A stretch of 64,000 bases of DNA. Origin: Ruminococcus sp. Zagget11 (GTDB lineage Bacteria > Bacillota > Clostridia > Oscillospirales > Ruminococcaceae). Positions 9,738 to 19,620 of the stretch are shown in pieces. The DNA lies in the NCBI GenBank assembly GCA_001941135.1, contig MSHL01000049.1, positions 497 to 64,496 of the forward strand, written 5' to 3'. A model generated the notes under the pieces. The model ran no database searches, was not told the DNA's origin, and saw only the letters and a list, made by a program, of their open reading frames with translations. How positions within the stretch are numbered: the stretch's first letter is position 1; every line of letters starts with the position of its first letter. Both the position numbers and the translations under genes were made by a program.

Positions 9738-11582
9738 ATGGCAAAAGGCAAAAAGTCTAAGAAGTCGAGAATAGTAACCATTATAGTAATTATTCTTGTA
9801 GTTGTACTGGTTCTGTTGGCTATGCTTTTCAGAGGGTCGGATACAGCATATGCCGAGGAAACTGTACAGCTAAGGGATATAACCAGATACCACAGCTTTA
9901 CGGGTAATGTGGAGGCTGAGGAGGAAACTACCGTTCTCGCAGAAATTTCACAAAAGGTTATAGAGCTTAACTTTTCCGAGGGCGATGAGGTCAAGGAGGG
10001 CGATGTTATTGCCGTTCTTGACAGCACGGATATTGAAAGAGCAATTTCCATTAAGGAAGCGACAATGAACAGCACCGATGTTGCAACCAACTATTCCATC
10101 ATTACCTCAAAGAATAACTACGAGGACTATTTGGAAGGGATTGAAAACGGTACAAACTCGCAGCTTATAAGCGCGCAGACTGCGTTCAACAGCGCTAAGA
10201 GTGCCCTTGATACTGCGGAAAAGAATTATCTCGATGCAAAAGAAGATCTTGACAACAGCACCGATGCAAATTTGGTTTCCGCACAAAAATCCGTTGAAAC
10301 AGCCGAAAAGAACCTGAACGATGCTCGGCAGGATTACGAGGATTACCTTGAAGATGTAAATAACGAGGATTATTACTCGCTGCTTTCGCTCCAAACCGCC
10401 GTTGATGATGCCTATGAAGAGTACAACAACAAGCTCAACGGAACGACCAACAAGGCTATCACCGAGGCTAAATCCAAATATGAGGCCGCACTTTCAAACT
10501 ATAACGCCATTGCTTCCTCGGAGAATGCGGACAGCGCCAATGTAGCTGAACTCAAGGAAAAAATGGAGACTGCAAAGGCTGCCTATGAATCACTTGCCGC
10601 AGATACAAGAACCCTTTCCGATTTTAAAGAGGACTATGACGACGCGGTAAAGGCATATGAAAATTCCAAAAAGAATCTCGATGATTCCCATGATTCCACA
10701 CTGACTACCCTGCTGAGAACCTATGAAAACGCACAGACCTCTTACGAAACCGCTGTAAGAAATCTTTCCGATGTGGAAAAGAGCCTGAGTAAGACACTTG
10801 AAACCTATTACGATAATTATATGACCGCGCAGACAACCTATGACGACACTCTTGCAAGCTATGAAACCGTAAAAATCACCGTGGATCAGACCCTGGAAAG
10901 CTACAAAAACGCTTACCAGAACGCGTTGGATTCCTCCGACAATACTGCATCCGCACTGGAGCTTGCAAGCTACTATGACCAGCTTGAGGACTGCACGATT
11001 ATTGCGCCTGCCTCGGGAATTATAGACACTCTTTTCATCGATCTTGGCAGCTATACCGTACAAAGTCAGACCGTTGCGGTTATAACCGATTATGATGACT
11101 TAAAGGTTTCCATAAAGATAGATGAGTACGACATAGAAAATGTAAACATAGGCGATACGGTATCCGTATACGTCAACGCTCTCGATGAAACCGTTGACGG
11201 TACAGTTACCGATATCTCCAGAAGTGCAATAAGTACCGGAGGAGTATCATACTTCACAGCCGATGTCAGCATTGACGACATGGAAAAAGTAAAAGCGGGT
11301 ATGTCCGTTGAGGTTAAAAGAGTTACCGTAGATCTGAAGGATGCTGTTTCAATTTCCATGGATGCGCTTCAATATGAGGACGATAACACCTCCTATGTTC
11401 TTGTAAGCGCAGGAAGCGGCAGGGGAGAGCCTGAAAAGAAATATATAACTGTCGGTTCATCGGACGGCACATATATAGAGGTTACCGAAGGATTGTCCGA
11501 AGGTGATGTTATTCTCTATACTCCTAATTATGCAAGCAACATTGATATTGCGCAGGTGCGTTCGCAAGTTATGGGAGGTTAA
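9738..11582 (+). CDS. Membrane-fusion/adaptor subunit (HlyD/MacA/YknX-like) with long coiled coil
   Basis: N-terminal TM helix, split lipoyl half-motifs (EGDEVKEGDVIAVLD; IIAPASGII), C-terminal GLSEGD; first gene of the ABC exporter operon. Confidence 0.85.
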   Translation: MAKGKKSKKSRIVTIIVIILVVVLVLLAMLFRGSDTAYAEETVQLRDITRYHSFTGNVEAEEETTVLAEISQKVIELNFSEGDEVKEGDVIAVLDSTDIERAISIKEATMNSTDVATNYSIITSKNNYEDYLEGIENGTNSQLISAQTAFNSAKSALDTAEKNYLDAKEDLDNSTDANLVSAQKSVETAEKNLNDARQDYEDYLEDVNNEDYYSLLSLQTAVDDAYEEYNNKLNGTTNKAITEAKSKYEAALSNYNAIASSENADSANVAELKEKMETAKAAYESLAADTRTLSDFKEDYDDAVKAYENSKKNLDDSHDSTLTTLLRTYENAQTSYETAVRNLSDVEKSLSKTLETYYDNYMTAQTTYDDTLASYETVKITVDQTLESYKNAYQNALDSSDNTASALELASYYDQLEDCTIIAPASGIIDTLFIDLGSYTVQSQTVAVITDYDDLKVSIKIDEYDIENVNIGDTVSVYVNALDETVDGTVTDISRSAISTGGVSYFTADVSIDDMEKVKAGMSVEVKRVTVDLKDAVSISMDALQYEDDNTSYVLVSAGSGRGEPEKKYITVGSSDGTYIEVTEGLSEGDVILYTPNYASNIDIAQVRSQVMGG

Positions 11583-11585
11583 GCA

Positions 11586-12278
11586 ATGCCAAAGGAAATA
11601 TTACGCATGACCAACATAGTAAAAACCTATCAAATGGGTGATGAGGAGTCTGTGGTATTAAAGGGCATTGATCTCTCTGTGCATGAGGGTGAGTTCCTCG
11701 CTGTGCTTGGTCCTTCCGGTTCGGGAAAATCGACGCTGATGAATATAATAGGCTGTCTTGACATACCCACATCGGGAGAATATATTCTTTCCAACAGAAA
11801 AATCGGCGAACAGGATGAAAAAACTCTTGCCCATATACGCAGCAAGGAAATAGGCTTTATATTTCAGTCGTTTCACCTGCTGCAAAGACAGACTGCCCTT
11901 GAGAATGTGGGGCTTCCGCTGATATATGCAGATATGCCTCAAAAGGAACGTTTACACCGTTCAAAGGAAATGCTTGAAAAGGTTGGACTGGGCGATAAAA
12001 TGTACCACTACCCAAATCAGATGTCGGGCGGTCAGCAGCAAAGAGTTGCCATAGCAAGAGCAATTTCCACCAATCCTACCATATTGCTTGCGGATGAACC
12101 AACGGGTGCGCTGGATCAAAAGACGGGCAGCTCCGTTATACAGCTTTTCCACGATTTGAACGATGAGGGACGAACCATAATCATGATAACCCACGACGTT
12201 AATATTGCGAAGCACGCAAAGCGTATAGTCCGCATACTTGACGGTAATATCAGCGAAGGAGTTGTTGACGATGCTTAA
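11586..12278 (+). CDS. ABC transporter ATP-binding protein (MacB/LolD family)
   Basis: GPSGSGKST, GFIFQSFHL, MSGGQQQRVAIARA, LADEPTGALD. Confidence 0.95.
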   Translation: MPKEILRMTNIVKTYQMGDEESVVLKGIDLSVHEGEFLAVLGPSGSGKSTLMNIIGCLDIPTSGEYILSNRKIGEQDEKTLAHIRSKEIGFIFQSFHLLQRQTALENVGLPLIYADMPQKERLHRSKEMLEKVGLGDKMYHYPNQMSGGQQQRVAIARAISTNPTILLADEPTGALDQKTGSSVIQLFHDLNDEGRTIIMITHDVNIAKHAKRIVRILDGNISEGVVDDA

Positions 12279-13476
12279 ATTTACCGGACTTAGAACTATC
12301 AGGCAAAGCGCTGTAATGTCGATTCAGAACATTATGACAAATAAAATGCGCTCCTTCCTTACAACGTTGGGTATCATTATCGGTGTAATGTCTGTGGTTG
12401 CCCTTATGACTATTATTTCGGGCGTAACCGATGAGATAAGCAATCAGTTCAGCTCCATAGGTGCAGGTGTTCTGTCAGTCAGCGCATCCGGTACTCCCCT
12501 TAAAGGGGGACTAAGCGAAAGCGATATAGCTGATATTGAAGAGCTTGACCACGTAAGCGGTGTTTCGATAAGCTCTTTACTGACCGCTTCCGCATCAAAA
12601 GATGGTGAAGTGAATGATGATGTAACCATTAACGGGAGAAATGCATACTATTACGTGAAAAATGATGACCTTACCTACGGCAGACCACTCTACTCTGTGG
12701 ATATGGACGGTGATGCAAACGTTTGCGTTGTGGACAGCGACTTTGCCGAAGCCCTTTTCCCGGGTGTAAACCCTATAGGTGAAACCGTCATATTAAACGG
12801 ATATACATATAAAATTGTGGGAATTGAGGGCAGCAGCAACGCCATTACCGCAAACTTGATGCAAGGCTCTGACGGAGGAAGCGTTTCCATTCCATACAAA
12901 AACGCAATGCTAATGAGCGGTACAAACGTTATTTCCTCTATAAGCGTTTACGTAGATGATACCGACTACATGGATACTGTAGTGGATGAGCTTGAGGCTC
13001 TGCTTGACAATGCCTTTAACGATGCGGACGACAGCTACTGGATTATGAATATGGAAAGCCTCCTTGATGTTATGGACACTATGATGTCCCTGATGACAGG
13101 TCTTATGACTGCCGTTGCATCCATCTCCCTTTTGGTCGGAGGTATCGGTATCATGAACATGATGCTGGTTTCCGTAACGGAGAGAACAAAGGAAATAGGT
13201 TTGAGAAAGGCTCTCGGTGCAGAGCCCTCAAGGATTCAGATGCAATTTCTTATTGAAGCCATAGTTCTTTCCTTGACGGGCGGCGTTATAGGGCTTATTA
13301 TTGGTAATATCGTCGCAATAATTGCAGCGTCGGCGTTCGGCATTGAATTCCGTCTGTCGATTACCGCAATAGCGTTGGGATTTGGTTTCTCCGCAGCCGT
13401 GGGAATTATCTTCGGCTGGGCACCTGCACGAAGGGCAAGTCAGCTTAATCCTATCGACGCGCTGAGAAGTGAGTGA
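12271..13476 (+). CDS. ABC transporter permease (MacB/FtsX family)
   Basis: RSFLTTLGIIIGV, GGIGIMNMMLVSVTERTKEIGLRKALGA, PARRASQLNPIDALR. Confidence 0.95.
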   Translation: MLKFTGLRTIRQSAVMSIQNIMTNKMRSFLTTLGIIIGVMSVVALMTIISGVTDEISNQFSSIGAGVLSVSASGTPLKGGLSESDIADIEELDHVSGVSISSLLTASASKDGEVNDDVTINGRNAYYYVKNDDLTYGRPLYSVDMDGDANVCVVDSDFAEALFPGVNPIGETVILNGYTYKIVGIEGSSNAITANLMQGSDGGSVSIPYKNAMLMSGTNVISSISVYVDDTDYMDTVVDELEALLDNAFNDADDSYWIMNMESLLDVMDTMMSLMTGLMTAVASISLLVGGIGIMNMMLVSVTERTKEIGLRKALGAEPSRIQMQFLIEAIVLSLTGGVIGLIIGNIVAIIAASAFGIEFRLSITAIALGFGFSAAVGIIFGWAPARRASQLNPIDALRSE

Positions 13477-13502
13477 TATTCTAAAATTTCCCCCTTAAAT
13501 AC

Positions 13503-13546
13503 AGGGACAGGTACATTAGCCGTACTTGTCCCTTTGATTTTTTTTG
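13503..13546 (+). terminator. Rho-independent terminator after the ABC exporter operon
   Basis: agggacaggtac..gtacttgtccct followed by a T tract. Confidence 0.75.
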
Positions 13547-13703
13547 CAAGTATTTTTCGGAAAACGTGTGATTTTAGAGAAAAAATCTCGGAAAAATGTG
13601 TGAAAATCCACTTGATATGTTAGGAAAAATGTGATATACTAACCTTGTGCGTAAAACAAAAGAGCTTATGTAAGATTTACCCCTCACGCAGAGCGAGGGG
13701 TAA

Positions 13704-13874
13704 TTATTGTTCATTGTTATTATCACAAAGCTCCATTGATGCGGCGATGGTCAGCAAGGTATCGGCAAGCTGTGTGAATACTGCGCCCAGAAATGCAAGC
13801 TCATTGGCATTCAGCTTCTCCGCCATAACATTTGCGGCGGCGGTAACAGCTGCCGTGATTTCAGCCCCACTCAT
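13704..13874 (-). CDS. Small DUF6774-like protein, probably sporulation-associated
   Basis: MSGAEITAAVTAAANVMAEKLNANELAFLGAVFTQLADTLLTIAA with GGGGAG RBS; upstream CATATACT resembles a SigE/SigK -10. Confidence 0.7.
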   Translation of the reverse strand: MSGAEITAAVTAAANVMAEKLNANELAFLGAVFTQLADTLLTIAASMELCDNNNEQ

Positions 13875-13930
13875 AAATATCAACTCCCCTATCAGTATAT
13901 GCCGATAAGGGAAAAGAGTTAAGAATAATT

Positions 13931-14073
13931 TCAATAAGGGGCATTGCCCCGTCATTCAACGAACGACTGGGGGCGTTAGCCCCTTAGGTCTTTCAGTGGG
14001 GGACTGGATTCCCCCACTGAAAGACCGTATGTCCCCCGCCCGAAGAGGCGGGGGACATCAGTCATGAGTTATA
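13931..14073. repeat. REP-like structured repeat, copy A (with three internal GC hairpins)
   Basis: First 44 nt match 17098-17141 at 36/44; tail cagtcatgagttata matches 17141-17155. Confidence 0.65.
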
Positions 14074-14102
14074 ATTCACAGCCTTTTACAGAATTATAAA
14101 AA

Positions 14103-15188
14103 TTATTCAACCAGCCTGCAAATTATTTCGTTTGATACAAGACAGCCCTTTACGGTAAGGGTTAATCTTGCGTCCTTTATTTCAATAAAGCCGTGGCTGA
14201 TAAGCGGCTCTGCATTTTTACGGATTCTCTCACCCATTGCGCCGAAATCCTCCGGACATATTCCCTCGCGCAGACGAATTTGAAGCATAAGCCTCTCCTC
14301 CTCACCGCAGGGACTGTTATCGGTCACATAGACAGGCTGTCTATCGCTACCTATAAAAGCATCCAGATCGTCCGGCACGGCAAATCGCTTTCCTCCAAAG
14401 CAGGAATGTGCGGACGGTCCTATTCCTATATAATCCTCACAATGCCAGTATTTCAGATTATGCCTGCACTCAAAGCCTTTTTTGGCAAAGTTGGATATTT
14501 CATAACACATATAACCGTGCTTTTCCAAACACTCATTGGCTTTTTCGTAATACATGGCTGTGCAGTCATCATCGACGCCATCGCAAAGAGCCTTATCCTC
14601 CAAAAGAGGCGTTCCGTCCTCAATTTTCAGCATATATGCGGAAATATGATTAACAGGCAGCTCTGCGGCACGTGCTATATTGTCCGTAACGGTTTTTTCC
14701 GACTGAAAGGGCAAGCCGAGCATCAAATCCACAGAAATATTATCAAATCCGCTTTTGTACGCACCCTTTACCGCTCTAACCGCCGTATCGCAGTCGTGCG
14801 CCCTCCCGAGCATTTTAAGCTCTCTGTCGTCAAAGGACTGCACGCCTATGGAAATGCGGTTAATCCCCGCACTGTGATAGCCTGTTAGCTTTTCATCGGT
14901 GACAGACTCGGGATTGCACTCAATTGTTATTTCAGCACCATTTGCAATATCAGCGGCGGAAAGTACACGATAAAAATCCGCTACAGAAAGCAGCGACGGT
15001 GTACCGCCGCCAAAATACACCGTGTCATAATGCTGTGAATAGGCTGAAATATTGGCAATTACCCTGTCAATATAGCGCTTTCTAACAGTTGACTCGCGAC
15101 TGCACAGAGGCAGGGAGTAGAAATCACAGTAAAGGCATTTTTTTACACAAAAGGGAACATGAATATAAAGTCCTATCGGTTCGGTCAT
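14103..15188 (-). CDS. hemW: Radical SAM heme chaperone HemW (HemN-like)
   Basis: YIHVPFCVKKCLYCDF, YFGGGTPS, YEISNFA, HNLKYW; directly downstream of lepA. Confidence 0.93.
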   Translation of the reverse strand: MTEPIGLYIHVPFCVKKCLYCDFYSLPLCSRESTVRKRYIDRVIANISAYSQHYDTVYFGGGTPSLLSVADFYRVLSAADIANGAEITIECNPESVTDEKLTGYHSAGINRISIGVQSFDDRELKMLGRAHDCDTAVRAVKGAYKSGFDNISVDLMLGLPFQSEKTVTDNIARAAELPVNHISAYMLKIEDGTPLLEDKALCDGVDDDCTAMYYEKANECLEKHGYMCYEISNFAKKGFECRHNLKYWHCEDYIGIGPSAHSCFGGKRFAVPDDLDAFIGSDRQPVYVTDNSPCGEEERLMLQIRLREGICPEDFGAMGERIRKNAEPLISHGFIEIKDARLTLTVKGCLVSNEIICRLVE

Positions 15189-15189
15189 A

Positions 15190-16998
15190 TCACTCATCAA
15201 GCTTGAGGACAGCCATAAATGCCTCCTGAGGAACCTCAACAGTGCCCAGCTGCCGCATACGCTTTTTACCCTCCTTCTGCTTTTCAAGGAGTTTCTTCTT
15301 TCGTGTAATATCTCCGCCGTAGCACTTTGCCAAAACGTCCTTACGCATAGCCTTTACGGTTTCCCTTGCTATGACCTTTCCGCCGATAGCCGCTTGTATA
15401 GGCACTTCAAAAAGCTGCCTTGGTATATGCTCCTTAAGCTTTTCAGCAATACGTCTGCCGCGGGCATATGCCTTATCCTCATGGATAATAAACGAAAGTG
15501 CATCTACAATCTCACCGTTAAGCAGCACATCAAGCTTTACAAGCTTAGAGGGCGCATATCCTATAAGCTCATAGTCAAAGGACGCATAGCCCTTAGTCCT
15601 GGATTTCAGCGCATCGAAAAAGTCATACACGATTTCATTCAGCGGCAGCTCATAGTGCAGCTCCACACGACTTTCATCAATGTACTGCATATCCTTAAAA
15701 ATACCCCGTCTGTCCTGACAGAGATCCATTATATTGCCCACATAGTCAGAGGGAGAAAGGATAGATGCTTTTACCATTGGCTCCTGTGCGACAGCGATAA
15801 CCGAGTTATCGGGATAGTTTGAGGGATTATCTATCATAACCGTTTCACCGCTTGTCAGGGTAATCTTATATACAACGGAGGGCGCTGTGGTTATAATATC
15901 AAGATTATATTCTCTCTCCAATCTTTCCTGGATAATTTCCATATGGAGAAGTCCCAGAAATCCGCAGCGGAATCCGAAGCCCAGTGCTGCCGATGTTTCA
16001 GGCTCATAGGATAATGCCGCATCATTAAGCCGCAGCTTTTCAAGCGCATCACGCAAATCACCGTACTTTGCACCGTCGGCGGGATATATACCCGAAAATA
16101 CCATGGGATTTACCTCCCTGTATCCGGGAAGAGCCTCATCGCACATATTATCGCCGTCTGTTACGGTATCGCCTACCTTTGTATCGCCTATGGATTTTAT
16201 TGAAGCTGCAATATATCCTACCTCGCCCGCATGGAGAACGCCTGCGCTGACAAGCTCGGTAGCGCCCATATAACCTGTTTCCACAACGGTAAATTCAGCA
16301 TTTGTCGCCATAAGGTGTATGGTCTGACCCACCTTAACCTCGCCGTCCATAACTCTGACGTAAATAATAACGCCCTTATATGAATCATAATAACTGTCGA
16401 AAATAAGCGCTTTCAGCGGTTTGGAGCTGTCACCCTTTGGATGGGGAACTTCAGCAACCACCTTTTCAAGTACAGTCTTTACATTTGTACCCAGCTTCGC
16501 GGATATTCTCGGCGCGTCCTCGGCAGGTATACCGATAACATTCTCCACTTCCTCGCAAACTCTTTCGGGGTCGGCGGAGGGCAAATCAATCTTATTTATT
16601 ACGGGAACAATTTCAAGGTCATGCTCAAGAGCAAGGTAAGTGTTGGCAAGAGTCTGCGCTTCTATCCCTTGAGATGCGTCAACGACAAGCACAGCACCCT
16701 CACAGGCAGCGAGGGAACGCGATACCTCATAGTTAAAATCCACATGACCGGGAGTATCAATAAGGTTGAAGATATATTCCTCACCGTCATCAGCCTTGTA
16801 TATAAGCCTAACCGCCCTTGCCTTGATGGTAATACCGCGTTCACGCTCAATATCCATATTATCTAGGAGCTGATCCTCCATATCCCGCTTGGCAACGGTT
16901 GATGTAAGCTCCAAGATACGGTCGGCAAGGGTTGACTTTCCGTGATCTATATGGGCAATAATGCAAAAATTTCTTATTTTATCACGATTATAGTTCAA
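15190..16998 (-). CDS. lepA: Translation elongation factor 4
   Basis: [41 protein letters not shown]; TTG start after AAGGAAG. Confidence 0.97.
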   Translation of the reverse strand: MNYNRDKIRNFCIIAHIDHGKSTLADRILELTSTVAKRDMEDQLLDNMDIERERGITIKARAVRLIYKADDGEEYIFNLIDTPGHVDFNYEVSRSLAACEGAVLVVDASQGIEAQTLANTYLALEHDLEIVPVINKIDLPSADPERVCEEVENVIGIPAEDAPRISAKLGTNVKTVLEKVVAEVPHPKGDSSKPLKALIFDSYYDSYKGVIIYVRVMDGEVKVGQTIHLMATNAEFTVVETGYMGATELVSAGVLHAGEVGYIAASIKSIGDTKVGDTVTDGDNMCDEALPGYREVNPMVFSGIYPADGAKYGDLRDALEKLRLNDAALSYEPETSAALGFGFRCGFLGLLHMEIIQERLEREYNLDIITTAPSVVYKITLTSGETVMIDNPSNYPDNSVIAVAQEPMVKASILSPSDYVGNIMDLCQDRRGIFKDMQYIDESRVELHYELPLNEIVYDFFDALKSRTKGYASFDYELIGYAPSKLVKLDVLLNGEIVDALSFIIHEDKAYARGRRIAEKLKEHIPRQLFEVPIQAAIGGKVIARETVKAMRKDVLAKCYGGDITRKKKLLEKQKEGKKRMRQLGTVEVPQEAFMAVLKLDE

Positions 16999-17056
16999 AA
17001 AAACACTTCCTTTAGCCTCTGTACCGATATTCGTATCAAATTCGGTACTGTAAAAC

Positions 17057-17155
17057 TTCACTCCGAATCATTGAATGAATCGGAGTGAAAGTGCTGTTCA
17101 TTAAGGGTCATCACCCAGTCATTCAACGAGCGACCGAGGGCAGTCGTGAATTATA
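17057..17155. repeat. REP-like structured repeat, copy B, with adjacent hairpin
   Basis: Similar to 13931-14073 in the same orientation; upstream hairpin ttcactccga..tcggagtgaa. Confidence 0.6.
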
Positions 17156-17699
17156 TATCCGTCAAAGCCCTTTTAAGCCGTGCGACGGGAAGTCCCACAA
17201 CATTGAAAAAATCGCCCTTTATGCCCTTGACAAGTACGCATCCCTCAGACTGTATTCCGTATGCGCCCGCTTTATCCATAGGATCACCGGTAGCCACATA
17301 TGAATCTATTTCCTCGTCTGTCAGTGGATAAAACTCAACCTTGGTCACTTGGGCAAAAGCATTCTTTCCCTTGTCGGAAACAATGCACACGCCTGTTATA
17401 ACCTTATGCACCTTTCCCGAAAGCATATGAAGCATTGCGGTGGCATCTGCGCTGTCCACAGGCTTTCCAAGGACAGCATTGCCCAAAACAACTACCGTAT
17501 CACAGCCTACTACAATGTCACCGACATTCCTTTTCAGCGAAAAAGCTTTCTTTTCAGCCAGATACTGTGCAGTGTCCTCCGCCGATACCGAATCGGGAAT
17601 GGTTTCGTCAACATTTGCGGGAATTACCTCGAAACTCTCCGAAACAAACCTAAAAAGCTCCTGCCGTCTGGGAGATGCGGATGCAAGTATAATTGCCAT
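17151..17699 (-). CDS. maf: Maf family nucleotide pyrophosphatase
   Basis: ILASASPRRQEL, GCDTVV, DKAGAYGIQ, NVVGLP. Confidence 0.95.
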   Translation of the reverse strand: MAIILASASPRRQELFRFVSESFEVIPANVDETIPDSVSAEDTAQYLAEKKAFSLKRNVGDIVVGCDTVVVLGNAVLGKPVDSADATAMLHMLSGKVHKVITGVCIVSDKGKNAFAQVTKVEFYPLTDEEIDSYVATGDPMDKAGAYGIQSEGCVLVKGIKGDFFNVVGLPVARLKRALTDI

Positions 17700-17703
17700 A
17701 GCA

Positions 17704-18027
17704 TTAAACTCCCGTGAACAGGTCAGTTACAAACTTCACTATAACTGCCACAGCCTCTCTTGAAGCTATCCATGTAGCAGCCTTAAACATCAATACGGCA
17801 ATATGTGTTGTCAAAAGACCCTTAAGCGCCTTTCTGACAGGCATACCACATATTAAAGTGATAAAGAACACAATATTTACCACAGGGATAATCGTAAGGA
17901 GAATTACAGACAGCTTTGACCAAAAGGACGGCTCTTCATCGGCGTTTTCACACTGTACATTGGGGATTTTCTTGTCATATTCATAAGTGTAGGAGTATAT
18001 CCCATTGCTCTTGATATTTTCCGACAT
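17704..18027 (-). CDS. Hypothetical membrane protein
   Basis: ORF with RBS and two hydrophobic segments, inside the operon. Confidence 0.65.
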   Translation of the reverse strand: MSENIKSNGIYSYTYEYDKKIPNVQCENADEEPSFWSKLSVILLTIIPVVNIVFFITLICGMPVRKALKGLLTTHIAVLMFKAATWIASREAVAVIVKFVTDLFTGV

Positions 18028-18060
18028 ATACCATCTTTCCTTTCATTCGGAGAACCTATC

Positions 18061-19092
18061 TTACAGCTGATCTGCAATGCTGTAAATAAGCGCCTCTGAT
18101 TTTTCCCAGCCAAGACAAGGATCGGTAATAGATTTTCCGTAGGTTCCTTCTTCAACCTTTTGACAGCCGTCAACTATATAGCTTTCTATCATAAAGCCCT
18201 TAACTATCTTCTTAATATCGGCATTATGGCGGCAGCTGTGAAGAACCTCGTTGCAGATACGAATCTGCTCCAGATACTGCTTATTGGAGTTGTTGTGGTT
18301 AGCGTCTACAATGACAGCCATATTTTCCAAATTTTTAGCGGAATACATTTCAACAAGTCTTACCAAATCCTCATAGTGATAATTTGGGAGAGATTTTCCC
18401 GACTTGTTTGTATATCCTCTCAAAATAGCGTGGGCAAGAGGATTACCGGTGCTTCTGCACTCCCAGCCTCTGTAGAGGAATGTATGACTGCTCTGTGCCG
18501 CCAAAATTGAGTTAAGCATTACCGTATAATCGCCGCTTGTAGGGTTTTTCATACCTACGGGAATTTGCAGCCCGCTGGCAATAAGTCTGTGCTGCTGATC
18601 CTCAACGGAACGTGCGCCCACAGCCACATAGGAAAGTATATCGGAAAGATATCTGTGGTTTTCGGGGTAAAGCATTTCATCGGCACAGGTAAGACCCGTT
18701 TCGGCAACAGCCTTTGTATGAAGCTTTCTGATGGAAATAAGTCCCTCAAGCATATCCTCGCTCTTGGTCGGATCGGGCTGATGAACCATACCCTTATATC
18801 CCTGACCTGTGGTACGAGGCTTGTTTGTATATATTCTCGGGATAATGATAATCTTATCCTTTACCTTATCCTGAACCTTTGCAAGGCGATTTACATAATC
18901 GAGAACGCTGTCCTCTCTGTCTGCGGAGCAGGGGCCTATGATAAGCAGGAACTTATCGGACTTACCGGTAAATACATCTGCAATCTCGGCATCTCTCTTT
19001 GCTTTGAGAGTGACAACCTCATCGGAAAGAGGAAACTGCGCCTTAATTTCCTGGGGAATAGGCAGCTTTCTCATAAAATTCATATTCATCAT
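18061..19092 (-). CDS. aroF: 3-deoxy-7-phosphoheptulonate (DAHP) synthase, class I-alpha
   Basis: IIGPCSAD, KPRTTG.GYKG, VGARSVEDQQHR, GMKNPTSG, SITDPCLGW; paralog name aroF/G/H not resolvable. Confidence 0.92.
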   Translation of the reverse strand: MMNMNFMRKLPIPQEIKAQFPLSDEVVTLKAKRDAEIADVFTGKSDKFLLIIGPCSADREDSVLDYVNRLAKVQDKVKDKIIIIPRIYTNKPRTTGQGYKGMVHQPDPTKSEDMLEGLISIRKLHTKAVAETGLTCADEMLYPENHRYLSDILSYVAVGARSVEDQQHRLIASGLQIPVGMKNPTSGDYTVMLNSILAAQSSHTFLYRGWECRSTGNPLAHAILRGYTNKSGKSLPNYHYEDLVRLVEMYSAKNLENMAVIVDANHNNSNKQYLEQIRICNEVLHSCRHNADIKKIVKGFMIESYIVDGCQKVEEGTYGKSITDPCLGWEKSEALIYSIADQL

Positions 19093-19137
19093 TACACTAT
19101 ACACTCCTTGAAATTAGAGAAAAACATTATTATATTT

Positions 19138-19166
19138 ATTCTACCACAGCTTTAACAATTTGTCAA
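19138..19166 (-). promoter_or_regulatory. SigA promoter of the DAHP synthase operon
   Basis: TTGACA-17 bp-TAGAAT with TG extension. Confidence 0.75.
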
Positions 19167-19183
19167 GTTAAATTGTGAAAATT

Positions 19184-19408
19184 GTATGTGTCAAGTAAAA
19201 GTAGGCAGGTTCTTGAAAAATCGTCAAAATAGCTAAAAGCAGAGATGAAAAACGGTAAAAAGGACGGACAAATGAAACAGCCAATTTCTATTTTTTGTGA
19301 TATAATCATCTTAAGGTCACCTGCTTTCTTGTTTTTTCACTTTCATTTTAGCACGTTTTGACCCCGAGGGCAAGTTTTTGGCGCTGCCTACTTTTATTTT
19401 ACACTAAC
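19184..19408. mobile_element. MITE / internally deleted IS remnant (ISLre2/IS256-like ends)
   Basis: Terminal inverted repeats gtgtcaagtaaaagtaggcag / ctgcctacttttattttacac (19/21 match); no transposase. Confidence 0.65.
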
Positions 19409-19489
19409 TAAGGTTTATTTGTTTAAATCAGATACATATGAAAAAAACATCATAGGGGGGGGCGGAATCGGCTGAATAATCTCTGCGAG

Positions 19490-19558
19490 TTATAGTTTAA
19501 ATCTATAACCTAGTATAATAATAGGATATTTGACAAACGGAAAAATACGAGTTATAAT
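19490..19558 (+). promoter_or_regulatory. LysR-type (MetR/MtaR/CmbR-like) palindrome plus SigA promoter of metY
   Basis: TTATAG-tttaaat-CTATAA at 19490-19508; TTGACA-17 bp-TATAAT at 19530-19558. Confidence 0.7.
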
Positions 19559-19620
19559 AATATCAGAACAAAACAACGGTCGGAAACGACAGATAAGATT
19601 TTTTCGGGAGGAATATTTTT

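Noticed and set aside
10100-10990. Internal repeats in the adaptor gene (SAQ..ETA..N..DA)
   Set aside because: These are ordinary coiled-coil heptads of an elongated Gram-positive membrane-fusion protein.
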